A stretch of 64,000 nucleotides of DNA from Trueperaceae bacterium (GTDB lineage: Bacteria > Deinococcota > Deinococci > Deinococcales > Trueperaceae): positions 3,520,001 to 3,584,000 of the forward strand of contig OZ243913.1 in assembly GCA_965213705.1 (NCBI GenBank), written 5' to 3'. A program made the position numbers and the translations under genes. This document shows, in pieces, positions 20,103 to 30,567 of this stretch. How positions within the stretch are numbered: the stretch's first letter is position 1; every line of letters begins with the position of its first letter. The notes under the pieces are model-generated. The model was not told where the DNA came from, made no database searches, and saw only the letters and a list, made by a program, of their open reading frames with translations.

Positions 20103-21098
20103 TCACCCAACGTAACTCAGCCAGTGCTCGAACTCCGGCACCTTGCCGGTTACGACGTTCAGGTAAGTCTCGCGCATGGCAAGCGCGTACGGCCCCGCGA
20201 CGCCGCTGCCGATGGGGCGGCGGTCGATAGAGGCAATCGGCGTGACCTCGGCGGCGGTGCCGACCATGAACACCTCGTCGGCGATGTAGAGTTCGTCGCG
20301 CGTCGCCATCGTCGGCTTGACATCGGTGCCCTGCCACTCGGCGATTTTGACAACGGTGTCGCGGGTGATGCCGCGCAGGTTGACCGAGTGGGCGATAGGG
20401 TACAGGGTGTCGCCTTTTAAGAAAAAGATGTTTTCGCCCGAGCCCTCGGCGACAAACCCTTCTTTGTCGAGGAGCAGCGCCTCGTCGAAGCCGTTGTCGC
20501 GCGCCTCGCTGTTGGCGAGGACCGAGTTGACGTAGTTGCCGCCCGCCTTGGCCTTGGTCGGCATGATGTCGCCCGAACTGCGCCGCCACGAACTCGTCAT
20601 GAGTTTGGCCCCCTGCCGCACCGCCTCCTCGCCCAGGTACACGCCCCAGGGCAGCGTCGCCACCATAAAGTGAACCCGGTTGCGTGCCGGACTCACGCCC
20701 AAGGACTCGGCCCCGTACCACAGGAGGGGCCGGATATAGCAAGACTTGCGCTCGTTTTTGCGCACGGTTTCCAGAATTGCCTCGTTGATGTCTTCTACCG
20801 AGAGCGACACGGGCATCCCGATAATTTTGGCCGAGTCGAGCAGGCGCTGGCTGTGTTCTTGTAAACGGAACACCGCCGCGCCCTGGTCCGTTTCGTAGGC
20901 GCGAACGCCCTCGAACACGCTCGTTCCGTAATGCAGTGCGTGAGTCAGGACCGACACGTTCGCTTCGGCTTGCGGCACCAAGTGACCGTCAAGGTAGATA
21001 AGCCCGGCTTCGACTGCCGAGGTGCTGGACGCCGCTTCACCGGACGCTGAAGGGTTAGACGCTGAAGGGCTGGACGGGTTTTCGGTTTGTGTCGCCAT
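20103..21098 (-). CDS. ilvE: Branched-chain amino acid aminotransferase
   Basis: HALHYGTSVFEG, KAGGNYVNS, AEGSGENIF, GTAAEVTP. Confidence 0.96.
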   Translation of the reverse strand: MATQTENPSSPSASNPSASGEAASSTSAVEAGLIYLDGHLVPQAEANVSVLTHALHYGTSVFEGVRAYETDQGAAVFRLQEHSQRLLDSAKIIGMPVSLSVEDINEAILETVRKNERKSCYIRPLLWYGAESLGVSPARNRVHFMVATLPWGVYLGEEAVRQGAKLMTSSWRRSSGDIMPTKAKAGGNYVNSVLANSEARDNGFDEALLLDKEGFVAEGSGENIFFLKGDTLYPIAHSVNLRGITRDTVVKIAEWQGTDVKPTMATRDELYIADEVFMVGTAAEVTPIASIDRRPIGSGVAGPYALAMRETYLNVVTGKVPEFEHWLSYVG

Positions 21099-21339
21099 AG
21101 TCGGCCTCCTGTTAAACTTAGTTTACCTGTTCGCCTAGTTTACGACCTCAGGGGGGTGAAGAGGCTACAAAGCAAAGGAGAGGTTGTGTAAGAAAAAGGC
21201 GGGTGACAAAGACAATACAAAAGGTAATACAAGCGGTAATAAACGGACTGACAGCCTCTCTTAAGGTTAACGGCGCGTGAAAACTCAGTGAATTTCACTC
21301 ACGAGTGCCTGTGATAAGCTACGGCGTTTGGAGAAACCC

Positions 21340-21933
21340 ATGAAACGACTTTTACTAATCTCGCTTTTTCTATTAAGTTTCGCTTTCGCACAACAAAATG
21401 CGACGGTAAGTGGCATCATTAAAACCGCAGAGGAGATGCCTGAGGGAACGCGCGTGGCAATCCACGTCGTTGATCGTGACAACGTCTGGCAGCGGGAAGT
21501 GGCGAGCGTGGCTCCGGCGGGCGGCACGTTCAGCATCACGACCACACCGGTACCCGAGGACGAACTGCAACCCTTTCGCAACGGCGCAGTTCTTTTGTCG
21601 GGATTGCAAAATGAGTATACTGTCACCCCAGACGACGCCAACTACATACAAGGACGCATCAACATGTATGTGGACACCAACACCAATGATGTGTTCGACC
21701 GCATCGCCGACGGATTTTACATGGGTTTAGCCAGTCTCGAGAATCCTGAAGGTGTCGGCTTTTTTTCTCTTATATATGTCGACAAAGACGTTACGTTGTC
21801 GGGTGCTGGTCGAGAACTCGACCTCAAAGCCGGTTGGAATATTTTCACCTTCCGTCTTCCTGAGGGCGGCGAGGAAACCTACGCGGTCTCACAGTCCATC
21901 GACGACGTTGTACTCGATGTGTTTTTACCCTAA
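21340..21933 (+). CDS. Exported hypothetical protein
   Basis: Signal peptide MKRLLLISLFLLSFAFA; LDLKAGWN motif. Confidence 0.75.
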   Translation: MKRLLLISLFLLSFAFAQQNATVSGIIKTAEEMPEGTRVAIHVVDRDNVWQREVASVAPAGGTFSITTTPVPEDELQPFRNGAVLLSGLQNEYTVTPDDANYIQGRINMYVDTNTNDVFDRIADGFYMGLASLENPEGVGFFSLIYVDKDVTLSGAGRELDLKAGWNIFTFRLPEGGEETYAVSQSIDDVVLDVFLP

Positions 21934-21990
21934 TTCCTCAAACGTTTATCCAAGTCGTGAATTGGGTACCGAACGAGGGATCGTGATGTT

Positions 21991-22464
21991 ATGAAAACCG
22001 TAAGTGGTTCTTTGAGCGCGAGCGGCCTCCGTTTCGGCCTCGTGGTGAGCCGTTTCAACGACCTTGTCACGCAGCGGTTGCTGCGGGGTGCTTTGGATAC
22101 CCTCGAGCGCCACGGCGCGGACCCTGAAACGAGTGAGGTCGTGTGGGTGCCGGGGGCGGTCGAGTTGTCCCTGGTTGCCAAAACGCTCGCCGCCTCCGGA
22201 CGTTTCGACGCGGTCATCACGCTCGGCTGCGTGATTCGCGGGGCGACGAGCCACTACGATTACGTCTGCAGCATGGTGGCGAGTGGGATAAACAGCGCGA
22301 GCCTGGAGACCGGCGTGCCGGTTATTTTTGGCGTGCTGACGACCGAAAACCTGGAGCAAGCCCTCGAGCGCGCAGGCAGCAAAGCAGGCAACAAAGGGTC
22401 GGAAGCGGCGGCCGCCGCCGTCGAAATGGCAAACCTGACGAAGATGTTGAACGAACCTCTGTAA
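21991..22464 (+). CDS. ribH: 6,7-dimethyl-8-ribityllumazine synthase
   Basis: [36 protein letters not shown]. Confidence 0.98.
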   Translation: MKTVSGSLSASGLRFGLVVSRFNDLVTQRLLRGALDTLERHGADPETSEVVWVPGAVELSLVAKTLAASGRFDAVITLGCVIRGATSHYDYVCSMVASGINSASLETGVPVIFGVLTTENLEQALERAGSKAGNKGSEAAAAAVEMANLTKMLNEPL

Positions 22465-22605
22465 AAAATCTGCGGTTTGGCCCGCCGAGGGCGGGTAAGC
22501 TTGCAAAGCTGACGTCTGTTTTTGGGCTGACATACACGTGCTAAATTCTGCTGCGCTGTGCGTTCCGCTAGGGCGGGCGGCAGCGGGGGCGGTTCGGGAG
22601 TATTT

Positions 22606-24288
22606 ATGCGAGTTGCAAGTGTTTTGTGCCTTCTTTTTTTGATGACCGGCTGTAGCGGCGCGCGGACCGTCGGCACCGAGAACACGCCGCCGACGGTCCG
22701 TGTTCTCGAGCCCGCCGACGGCAGTGTGGCGACAGTGGGCGAACGGGTCGCCGTCGTGGCTCAAGCCGACGACGCGGGCGGCGGCGTCGCGAGCGTCGCG
22801 TTTTACGTGAACCGGACAGAAGTCGGTGTCAGGGAGAGCGCGCCCTACGAGTATACGTTTCAAGCCGGGGCGAGCGGTCCCCACACCCTCAGCGTTCGGG
22901 CCTACGACGACAAAGGCGCAAGCGCCGAAGAGTCGGTTACCGTTTTTGTCGAGGACGTTCGCACCCCGTCACCCCCACCCCCGCCCCCGCCGTCGCCCCC
23001 GCCCGGCACGTTTACGGTGACGGCCGCGGTGACGGGAAACGGAACCGTCTCGAGCGCGCCCGCCGGAATAGAGTGTCCCGGCAGGTGCGCCTACAGCTTT
23101 GTCGCGGGAACGGCGGTCGAACTCAGGGCTGAACCCGCTGCGGGCAGCGACTTTTCAGGCTGGGCGGGCGACTGCTCGGGGACGAGCTGTACCGTGAACA
23201 AAGTGGCGAGCGTTACGGCCGCATTTCAGCGCAAAGCCGCCGCCGCTTTTACAATCGTCGCCCTGCCCGACACCCAAAACTACGTTTGTTATGGTGACGA
23301 CGGCGACGGCTGCGGCAAACAGTCCACACGGTTTTCGCAGCTGTTCGAAGCGCAAACCCAGTGGATTGCCGACCAAGTCGAGACTGCCAACATCGCTTTT
23401 GTTACCCACGAAGGCGACATGGTCGACAACGCCCTGCGAGAGGCTGAATGGTTGGACGGCGACCGGGCGATGGACAAGCTGGACGGCAAGGTACCCTATT
23501 CGGTCGCCACCGGCGACCACGACTACGGCCCCGAGGAGTACCGTGACGGCGACACGACGTTTTACCGCCGCTACTTCGGCGCTGAGCGCTATCAGGACTA
23601 CGCCTGGTACGGCGGCGCGTCGCCCAGCGGTCTCAGCCACTACCAGCTGTTTACGGCGGGCGGGCGCGAGTTTTTGCACGTCGCTTTGGAGTGGGAAGCG
23701 CCCACAAGCGCCAAAACCTGGGCCAAGACGGTGTTAGCAACTCACCCCACCACACCCACCATCATCACCACCCACGCTTACCTGCGCGACGGCGACGCGT
23801 CGGGCCGTTCGACGTTTACCCAAGCTTGCTTTCAACCCGGCAACCCGGCCGGAACCAAAAAATGCCCCGGTGGCAAAGAAGGCACCAAGGATTCGGACGC
23901 CTCGAGCGGTCAGGACATCTTTGACGACCTCGTTTATCCGTACCCGCAAGTATTCATGGTCTTGAACGGCCACTTCCACTACAACGGTCGGCGCGAGTCG
24001 TCTTGCACGGGTGGGTATCTCGAGTGCGACAACGGCGAGTACCGGCAGGTGTCGCTCAACAGCGCCGGGACCCAAGTTTACGAAATGCTCGCCAACTACC
24101 AGGACTACGACCGCGGCGGCGACGGCTGGTTGCGGCTCATTCGTTTTGTACCCGGTGGCGGCGAGAACGGCCTCGACCGCATTGAGGTCAAAACCTACTC
24201 GCCGGTGTTGGACAGCTACCAGAGCGGCGACGCGAGCGACTTTTTCTACGACCTCAGCTTTGCAGAGCGGTTCAGGCTCGAGCCCTGA
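22606..24288 (+). CDS. Lipoprotein: Ig-like domain, Pro linker, InlB-B-like repeat and calcineurin-like metallophosphoesterase
   Basis: Lipobox MTGC; NTPPTV..APYEY Ig fold; GNGTVSSAPAGIEC..FSGWAGDC; LPDTQ, HEGDMVD, GDHD, TTHAYL, NGHFH. Confidence 0.85.
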   Translation: MRVASVLCLLFLMTGCSGARTVGTENTPPTVRVLEPADGSVATVGERVAVVAQADDAGGGVASVAFYVNRTEVGVRESAPYEYTFQAGASGPHTLSVRAYDDKGASAEESVTVFVEDVRTPSPPPPPPPSPPPGTFTVTAAVTGNGTVSSAPAGIECPGRCAYSFVAGTAVELRAEPAAGSDFSGWAGDCSGTSCTVNKVASVTAAFQRKAAAAFTIVALPDTQNYVCYGDDGDGCGKQSTRFSQLFEAQTQWIADQVETANIAFVTHEGDMVDNALREAEWLDGDRAMDKLDGKVPYSVATGDHDYGPEEYRDGDTTFYRRYFGAERYQDYAWYGGASPSGLSHYQLFTAGGREFLHVALEWEAPTSAKTWAKTVLATHPTTPTIITTHAYLRDGDASGRSTFTQACFQPGNPAGTKKCPGGKEGTKDSDASSGQDIFDDLVYPYPQVFMVLNGHFHYNGRRESSCTGGYLECDNGEYRQVSLNSAGTQVYEMLANYQDYDRGGDGWLRLIRFVPGGGENGLDRIEVKTYSPVLDSYQSGDASDFFYDLSFAERFRLEP

Positions 24289-24455
24289 GCTTTTTAAAAA
24301 ACGGTTTTTCGTTCGGCTCGGCTCACTTTTTGTAAAAATGCAGCGTGACGAAGTGCACGTCCTCGCTTTGTCATCCGTGCCAACGTGAGAGGTGCCCGAG
24401 CAGGGCTAAGATAGCGAGCGTCGACCAGACCCTGGACTCGAGGAAGGGACCGACC

Positions 24456-25676
24456 TTGCCCGGTTGGAAAAAAACGCTCTACGTGATGGTCACCGCGCAA
24501 CTGCTCTCGGCGGTCGGCTTTTCGATGATTTTCCCGTTTTTGCCGAAGTATGTAGAGAGTTTGGGCTCGAGCTTCGGGCTGAGCCTCGTCTTTTTGGCCG
24601 GGGCGGTGTTTAGCGCGCAGGCCATCACGATGGCTATTGCCTCGCCGATTTGGGGCGCGCTCGCCGACCGCTGGGGCAAAAAGATGATGGTTCAACGGGC
24701 CATGTTCGGCGGCTCGGTGATTATCTTGTTGATGGCCTTTTCGACCTCGGCGGAGATGTTGGTGGGGTTACGGGCGGTTCAGGGCCTGATTACGGGCACC
24801 GTCGCCGCGGCGAACGCGCTCGTCGCCGCCACCGCGCCGCGCGAACGGGCGGGTTACGCAATGGGCGCGCTGCAGGTCGGCTTGTGGAGCGGCGTAGCGG
24901 TGGGGCCGCTGCTGGGCGGGTTTTTGGCGGACGCGTTCGGTTACCGGATGGCCTTTTATTTTACCGCCGCGCTGCTCTTCGCGGGCGGCCTGCTCGTGCA
25001 GTGGGGCGTGGACGAGAGCGGGGCGCGCGAACGGCCCGGCGCCGAGCAACCGGGCATGGTCGCCGAGTGGCGGCACGTGCTCGCGACGCCGGGCGTCGGG
25101 CTCGTCTTCTTTTTTCGGTTTATGGCTTGGTTGGGGCGGAACGTGCTCGTGCCCTACCTGCCGCTCTTTATCGCCACGCTGCTCGTCAGTGAAGCTCGCG
25201 TGAACACCCTGACCGGCCTCACCATCGCCGTCGCTTCGGGGGCGGGTACGCTGAGCGCGCTTTTGCTCGGCCCCCTAGGCGACCGCGTGGGACACAAACG
25301 TGTGCTGCTCGTTTGCGGCGTCGCCGCGACGCTCTTTTACATCCCGCAATTCTGGGTGACACACATCTGGCAACTGCTCACTCTCCAGGCCCTGACCGGC
25401 GCGGCGGCGGGCGGCATTATGCCGGTGCTGAGCGCGCTTTTAAACCACTTCACTGAACCCGGCGAAGAGGGCGCGGCTTTCGGCTTCGATAACTCGGTCG
25501 TGTCCCTGTCGCGCGCCCTCGCGCCGATGCTCGGCGCGGTCATCGTGCTGTGGGGCGGCTACCGGACGCTTTTTTTGGTGGCGTCGGTCTTGTTCGGCGT
25601 GACCGTACTCCTCGCCTACTGGAAACTGCCCGAGCCGCAGGTTGCGCTCACCGCCGAGCCTGCACTGGGGGATTAG
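24456..25676 (+). CDS. MFS transporter (MdtG/DHA1-like); start uncertain
   Basis: PIWGALADRWGKK motif A; about 12 TM. Confidence 0.88.
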   Translation: MPGWKKTLYVMVTAQLLSAVGFSMIFPFLPKYVESLGSSFGLSLVFLAGAVFSAQAITMAIASPIWGALADRWGKKMMVQRAMFGGSVIILLMAFSTSAEMLVGLRAVQGLITGTVAAANALVAATAPRERAGYAMGALQVGLWSGVAVGPLLGGFLADAFGYRMAFYFTAALLFAGGLLVQWGVDESGARERPGAEQPGMVAEWRHVLATPGVGLVFFFRFMAWLGRNVLVPYLPLFIATLLVSEARVNTLTGLTIAVASGAGTLSALLLGPLGDRVGHKRVLLVCGVAATLFYIPQFWVTHIWQLLTLQALTGAAAGGIMPVLSALLNHFTEPGEEGAAFGFDNSVVSLSRALAPMLGAVIVLWGGYRTLFLVASVLFGVTVLLAYWKLPEPQVALTAEPALGD

Positions 25677-25685
25677 CACCGGGGG

Positions 25686-26129
25686 CTAGGGCGCGTTCAT
25701 CTCACGCCGGCGCATCGGCATGGCGTTGATTTGGTCGAAGAGGTCTTGGGCGCCCACCACCGCCTCGGCGCGCCGCTTCACCGTGCCGTCTTTGCCGATG
25801 AGGATGAGGGTGAAGGCGTTCGGGTCGATGTCAAACCGGTCGCGCAGACCGGTGACTTCTTCTTGCGTCAGGCTCTCCTCGCCCACGTGGCTCGAGCCCG
25901 CACCGAACAGGTGAAAAACGAGGAGGTCGCGGTCATTCAAACCGGCTCTTGCCCCCTCCAAGGCTGCTACTTGTTCCTGGTAACGCGCGTCTTCGGCGGA
26001 GGGCGCGAACAGCAGGATGAGCCGGTTTTGCCACTGATACTGCGCCAGGTCAAACGGGGCCAAGTTGGATGATTGCGCCATGATAGCTCCTAGAAAAATA
26101 AGACTGAGAAGAAGGGTTGCTTTGCTCAC
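25686..26129 (-). CDS. DUF4174 family protein
   Basis: YQWQNRLILLFAPS, LIGKDGTVK, QINAMPMRRREM. Confidence 0.85.
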   Translation of the reverse strand: MSKATLLLSLIFLGAIMAQSSNLAPFDLAQYQWQNRLILLFAPSAEDARYQEQVAALEGARAGLNDRDLLVFHLFGAGSSHVGEESLTQEEVTGLRDRFDIDPNAFTLILIGKDGTVKRRAEAVVGAQDLFDQINAMPMRRREMNAP

Positions 26130-26269
26130 GACTCACTGTAGGAGTGGAGGCTCGGAGAAACAGCAGCGCACCCCGTAAACTTTTGCTCGAGGCCCGTCCA
26201 GCCGCAACTTTCCCGCCGGAACCGTTTTGGCTACGGTCTTTTTCGAGGAGCCGACGTAGGCTTGACGAC

Positions 26270-26893
26270 ATGGAAATTTCCGCAGACACCCTTAGTTCGT
26301 CGCAAATTTACAAGCTCATGACCGGCAGCGTCGTCCCGCGCCCGATTGCCTGGGTTTCGACGCTGTCTCAGGACGGCAGCGCGAACCTCGCACCGTTTTC
26401 GTACTTCAACGCGGTCAGCGCCGACCCGCCGGTCGTCATGTTCAGCGCCGGGCTGCACACGGCCGACCGCCCTAAAGACACGCTCCGCAACGTGCAGGAA
26501 ACGGGCGAGTTCGTCGTCAACATCGTCACCGAAGAGGTGGTCGAGGCGATGAACGCCACGGCCGTCGCCGCGCCCTACGGCGTGGACGAGTTCGAGTTTG
26601 CGAACGTTACCCCTGCGCCCTCGAGCCGGGTCAGCGCGCCACGGGTGCTCGAGAGCCCCGTCAACTTCGAGTGCAAGGTTTTGGACATCTACCGCGTCGG
26701 CGGCGAGGCGGCTACCAACAGCGTCGTGTTCGGCCGAATCGTCCACGTCCACGTCAACGACGAACTGTTGGAGGACTACAAAGTCGACCCCGTCAAACTG
26801 CGGCCCGTCGGGCGTTTGGCGGGCACCACCTACAGCCGCGTGCGCGACCTGTTCGACCTGACGCGGCCGGTGTTTGAGGAGACGCCTTCGTAG
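26270..26893 (+). CDS. Flavin reductase family protein
   Basis: VVPRPIAWVST, NLAPFSYFN, KDTLRNV..TGEFVVN, GRLAG. Confidence 0.92.
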   Translation: MEISADTLSSSQIYKLMTGSVVPRPIAWVSTLSQDGSANLAPFSYFNAVSADPPVVMFSAGLHTADRPKDTLRNVQETGEFVVNIVTEEVVEAMNATAVAAPYGVDEFEFANVTPAPSSRVSAPRVLESPVNFECKVLDIYRVGGEAATNSVVFGRIVHVHVNDELLEDYKVDPVKLRPVGRLAGTTYSRVRDLFDLTRPVFEETPS

Positions 26894-26907
26894 CTGCTAA
26901 ACTGAGG

Positions 26908-27483
26908 TTGGAGACCCCTATGATTGAAGAACTCGAGCAACGCTCCGAGACTCGGCGGCACAAGTTCAGCGTCGCGGACTACTTCACCTTGTCCGAACTC
27001 GGGCTCTTGGGCGAGGCGACCGAGCTTCTCGAGGGAGACATCTACGAAATGACCGCGCATTCACCCCGTCACCGAGCTTTTGTCGACATCGTCGCAGATA
27101 ACTTTAAGACAACTTTCAGAGGACGAGCGACCGTCTTTGCACAAAGCACCCTCGCTTTTGAGGGTTGGAGCCCCGAACCCGATGTAATGCTCCTCAAACA
27201 CGACCCCAAACGCTACCGCGACCGGCAGCCCACGACCGACGAAACCCTGCTCATCGTCGAGGTGTCCGACACGACGCTTGCCAAGGACAAGGGCATCAAG
27301 CTTAGGAGTTACGCTCGGCAGGGCGTTCGGGACTACTGGATTGTCAACCTCGTCGAAAACCTCACCGAGGTCTACCGCAAACCGCTGGGCGAAGAATACG
27401 GCGAGAAGAGGACCTACGGCTTCGGCGACCCCGTCGCGCCGCTGGCCTTTCCAGACGACGAACGGGTGTGGCTCGAGGATTAA
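26908..27483 (+). CDS. Uma2 family (PD-(D/E)xK) endonuclease
   Basis: ELLEG, PEPD, LIVEVSDTTL..DK..K...YA, YWIVNL. Confidence 0.92.
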   Translation: METPMIEELEQRSETRRHKFSVADYFTLSELGLLGEATELLEGDIYEMTAHSPRHRAFVDIVADNFKTTFRGRATVFAQSTLAFEGWSPEPDVMLLKHDPKRYRDRQPTTDETLLIVEVSDTTLAKDKGIKLRSYARQGVRDYWIVNLVENLTEVYRKPLGEEYGEKRTYGFGDPVAPLAFPDDERVWLED

Positions 27484-27587
27484 GGCTCGAGCCCAACTAC
27501 CCCTGCACCGAATCGTCACGTCGGAACGGGGCGGTTCCACCTTTAGGCGGACGCGCGCCCGCGCGCGCGGCCCTACAGTAGAATCTA

Positions 27588-28313
27588 ATGTATGGCAATC
27601 TTAAAAAGAATTCACAGACAGGCGCGGGGCTCGAGACGGCACCTGCTCCAAACGGCGAGGACGACGTTGTGACCCCATCCGAAACGATTCGCCTGCTTCT
27701 CGTCGACGACCACGTGGTGGTGCGGCAAGGTCTCAACATGGTGTTGTCGTTGGAGCCCGACCTGGAAGTCGTGGGCGAGGCGGGCAACGGCCGTGAGGCT
27801 CTGGAGCAGGTCGCCAAGCTGACACCCCAAGTCGTGCTGATGGACCTGCTCATGCCCGTCATGGACGGGGTCAGCGCCATACGCGCCATCAAAAAAGACC
27901 ATCCCGACACCGAAGTGGTGGCCCTGACGAGCGTCCTTGAAGACCGGCTCGTCGTCGACGCGGTCGAGGCGGGCGCGGCCGGGTACCTTCTCAAAGAGAG
28001 CGGACCCGGCGAACTCGTCGAGGCGATTCGTGCGGCGGCCAAGGGCGAGGTGCGGCTGCACCCCAAGGCGCAAAAACGCCTCGTCAAAGAGGTGCGCACG
28101 CCGGAAATGCGCGAGTCTTTAACCGAGCGCGAGACCGAGACATTGCGCCTCGTCGCCAAGGGCCACGCCAACAAGGACGTCGCCGAAATCATGGGCGTGT
28201 CCGAAGTGACGGTGAAGACGCACGTCTCGAGCATCCTGTCCAAACTCAACCTGAGCAGCCGGACCCAGGCGGCGCTGTTCGCCCTGAAAGAGGGGATAGT
28301 AGGGCTCGACTAG
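27588..28313 (+). CDS. NarL/LuxR family response regulator (start may be GTG 27669)
   Basis: LLVDDH, LMDLLMP, LTERE...TVKTHVSSILSKL. Confidence 0.93.
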   Translation: MYGNLKKNSQTGAGLETAPAPNGEDDVVTPSETIRLLLVDDHVVVRQGLNMVLSLEPDLEVVGEAGNGREALEQVAKLTPQVVLMDLLMPVMDGVSAIRAIKKDHPDTEVVALTSVLEDRLVVDAVEAGAAGYLLKESGPGELVEAIRAAAKGEVRLHPKAQKRLVKEVRTPEMRESLTERETETLRLVAKGHANKDVAEIMGVSEVTVKTHVSSILSKLNLSSRTQAALFALKEGIVGLD

Positions 28314-28314
28314 G

Positions 28315-29847
28315 ATGAGTGACACCCCCTTTTTAAAGCGGCTCAGCACACGCTTCGGCCTGCTGATTCTCGTCATCGTGATGGTGCTCGCCGGAGCGAC
28401 GGCGATTTTGCTGAACCGCGGCTTCAACCAGCTCAACGTCAACACCGTCGAACAGCTCAGGCAGTTCAACGTCGAGCCGACGGCTCCCTTGAGCGACATC
28501 ATCCGCAGTACGGTCGTAAACCTCATCGCGGTATTTTTGCTCACCCTCGTCGGGGCAACCCTGTTCAGCCGCAGCCTCGTCACCGAACCCATCACCTCGC
28601 TCGTCAAAGCGACGCAAGAAGTTGCGGCGGGCAACCTGGGTGTGACCCTGCCGGTCACGTCGCGTAGCGAGTTGGGGGTGTTGGCGAGTTCGTTCAACAC
28701 CATGTCGACGAGCTTGGCCGAGCGTACCCAGGAACTTTTGGAGGTCAACCGGGCCCTGCGTGAGAGCGAAGTTCGGTTGGAAGCGCGCGTGGCCGAGCGC
28801 ACCAGCGAACTTTTGGCGCTCTTAGAACTGTCCAACAGCATCGCGCTGACCCTGGACGACCTGCCGCTCATCGAAGAGATTTTGGCCGAACTCCACGACA
28901 TCACCCCGTACCGGGCGGCGGCGGTGTTCGAGCGCCTGGGCGACAGCACCTTTCAGCAAGTCGTAAGCGCGGGAAACTTCTCGCGGGTGGACGAAATCAG
29001 GCTGCTCGAGGCCGTAACGAGCAAAAACAGCTTGAGTTTGCGAGTTGACGGCGCGGCCCAACTCGTTTTTCCGCTCATGGTCCGCGACAAGGCGGTGGGG
29101 GCGCTGCTGTTGGAACTCGGCAGCGACGCGCCGCTGGACGAGCGCAAACTACGTCTCATCACGGCGTTCGCCAACCAAGCGGGCGTCGCGCTGGAAAACA
29201 TCAGCTTGTACCGGCAAGTCCAAGAGACGGCCGCGTTCGAGGAGCGGCAACACCTGGCGCGCGAGCTTCACGACTCGGTGTCGCAGGCGCTTTACAGCAT
29301 CGTGTTGGGCACCTACGCGGCGCAAAAACAGCTCGAGACCGAGCCCAAAAAAGCCGCGCAGGCCCTTGGGTACGTGCAAAACCTGGCCGAGGCGGGTCTC
29401 GCCGAGATGCGCGCCCTCATTTTTGAGCTGCGCCCCGAAGTGTTGGAGCAAGAAGGGCTTGCCGCCGCGTTGCGCAAACAAGCCGAAGCCCTGGAGGTGC
29501 GCCACGGTCTCAGCACCGAGTTCGAAACGCGTGGGGACGTGACCCCCTTTACGCTGCCTTTCGCCACCAAACAAGCCTTTTACCGCATCGCTCAAGAAGC
29601 CCTGCACAACGTCGTCAAACACGCAGCGGCAACCCACGTCGCCATGTATTTGACCCACACCGACACCTGCATCGAGCTGAAAATTACCGACAACGGCGCA
29701 GGTTTCGAGACCGACCGCGAGTTTCCGGGGCACTTGGGCCTCAAGTCCATGCGCGAACGCAGCTTGTCGCTGGGCGGCACTTTCAAGGTGGAAAGTGTCC
29801 CCGACCAGGGCACGACCCTGACCATCGAGGTGCCCAAACGTGCCTGA
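28315..29847 (+). CDS. Sensor histidine kinase (2 TM, HAMP, GAF-like, HisKA_3, HATPase)
   Basis: ERQHLARELHDSVSQ, EALHNVVKHA, DNGAGF, GLKSMRER. Confidence 0.93.
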   Translation: MSDTPFLKRLSTRFGLLILVIVMVLAGATAILLNRGFNQLNVNTVEQLRQFNVEPTAPLSDIIRSTVVNLIAVFLLTLVGATLFSRSLVTEPITSLVKATQEVAAGNLGVTLPVTSRSELGVLASSFNTMSTSLAERTQELLEVNRALRESEVRLEARVAERTSELLALLELSNSIALTLDDLPLIEEILAELHDITPYRAAAVFERLGDSTFQQVVSAGNFSRVDEIRLLEAVTSKNSLSLRVDGAAQLVFPLMVRDKAVGALLLELGSDAPLDERKLRLITAFANQAGVALENISLYRQVQETAAFEERQHLARELHDSVSQALYSIVLGTYAAQKQLETEPKKAAQALGYVQNLAEAGLAEMRALIFELRPEVLEQEGLAAALRKQAEALEVRHGLSTEFETRGDVTPFTLPFATKQAFYRIAQEALHNVVKHAAATHVAMYLTHTDTCIELKITDNGAGFETDREFPGHLGLKSMRERSLSLGGTFKVESVPDQGTTLTIEVPKRA

Positions 29848-29871
29848 GGCAGCTAGGGTTGGGGGCGGGGG

Positions 29872-30477
29872 ATGAAGAGTCCTCGAGCCAGAACCGTCGC
29901 TTACTTGTTGCTGGGAGCGGGGGTGTTTCTGTTCCTCGTCAACACGGGCGTTTTCGGGGCGCTGCCCGCGTTCTTGTGGCTGACCCTGCTTTTGGGGGTC
30001 GGTGCGGCGTTCTGGCTGGGCTCGTTCGGGGCGCTGTCCTTGTGGCAGCGCGTGGCGGGTTTTACCGGCATCGGCGTGTTCGCCGTCGTCACTTCGGGGA
30101 GCTTTGCGGGCGTCGCCGCGCTCGGCTTTCCGGCGCTGGGTTTCGGCCTCGTGTACTTGCTCGATTCCAGGCGCTGGTGGGCGCTGCTCCCGGCCGGCTT
30201 GGTCGGCAGCGTCGCCCTGCTCGCCGGTTTGGACGCGCTGTTTCCCCGTTGGGACACGACACCCATCCTCTTTTTGGGCTTCGCCGCGACCTTCAGCCTG
30301 CTTTACCTGCTGTCGCCACGGCGCGGCGGCAAGCGCTGGGCGCTGTTCCCGGCCATAGGCTTTATCGTGTTGACGGTCCTCAGCAACGACCCGAGCGGCG
30401 GCACACCGGGCTGGTTCGTTCCGCTGCTGTTCGTCGGCGGCGGTTGGTGGCTGCTGTGGTGGTGGCGCAAGCGCTGA
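29872..30477 (+). CDS. Integral membrane protein with WAL(L/F)PA repeats
   Basis: Highly hydrophobic; RRWWALLPAG and KRWALFPAIG. Confidence 0.75.
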   Translation: MKSPRARTVAYLLLGAGVFLFLVNTGVFGALPAFLWLTLLLGVGAAFWLGSFGALSLWQRVAGFTGIGVFAVVTSGSFAGVAALGFPALGFGLVYLLDSRRWWALLPAGLVGSVALLAGLDALFPRWDTTPILFLGFAATFSLLYLLSPRRGGKRWALFPAIGFIVLTVLSNDPSGGTPGWFVPLLFVGGGWWLLWWWRKR

Positions 30478-30567
30478 ACTTTGAATATGGGAATGAACTG
30501 TCAGTCGGGAGACAGGGGTTGAAAACTACTTCTGCTTACAAACTCTTCGGTTTGAGTTACCAAAGTC

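Noticed and set aside
26908..27483. Uma2 nucleases (also 62915-63520) as a restriction-modification or defence system
   Set aside because: Scattered paralogs without a methylase or partner genes; this family is commonly expanded in such genomes.
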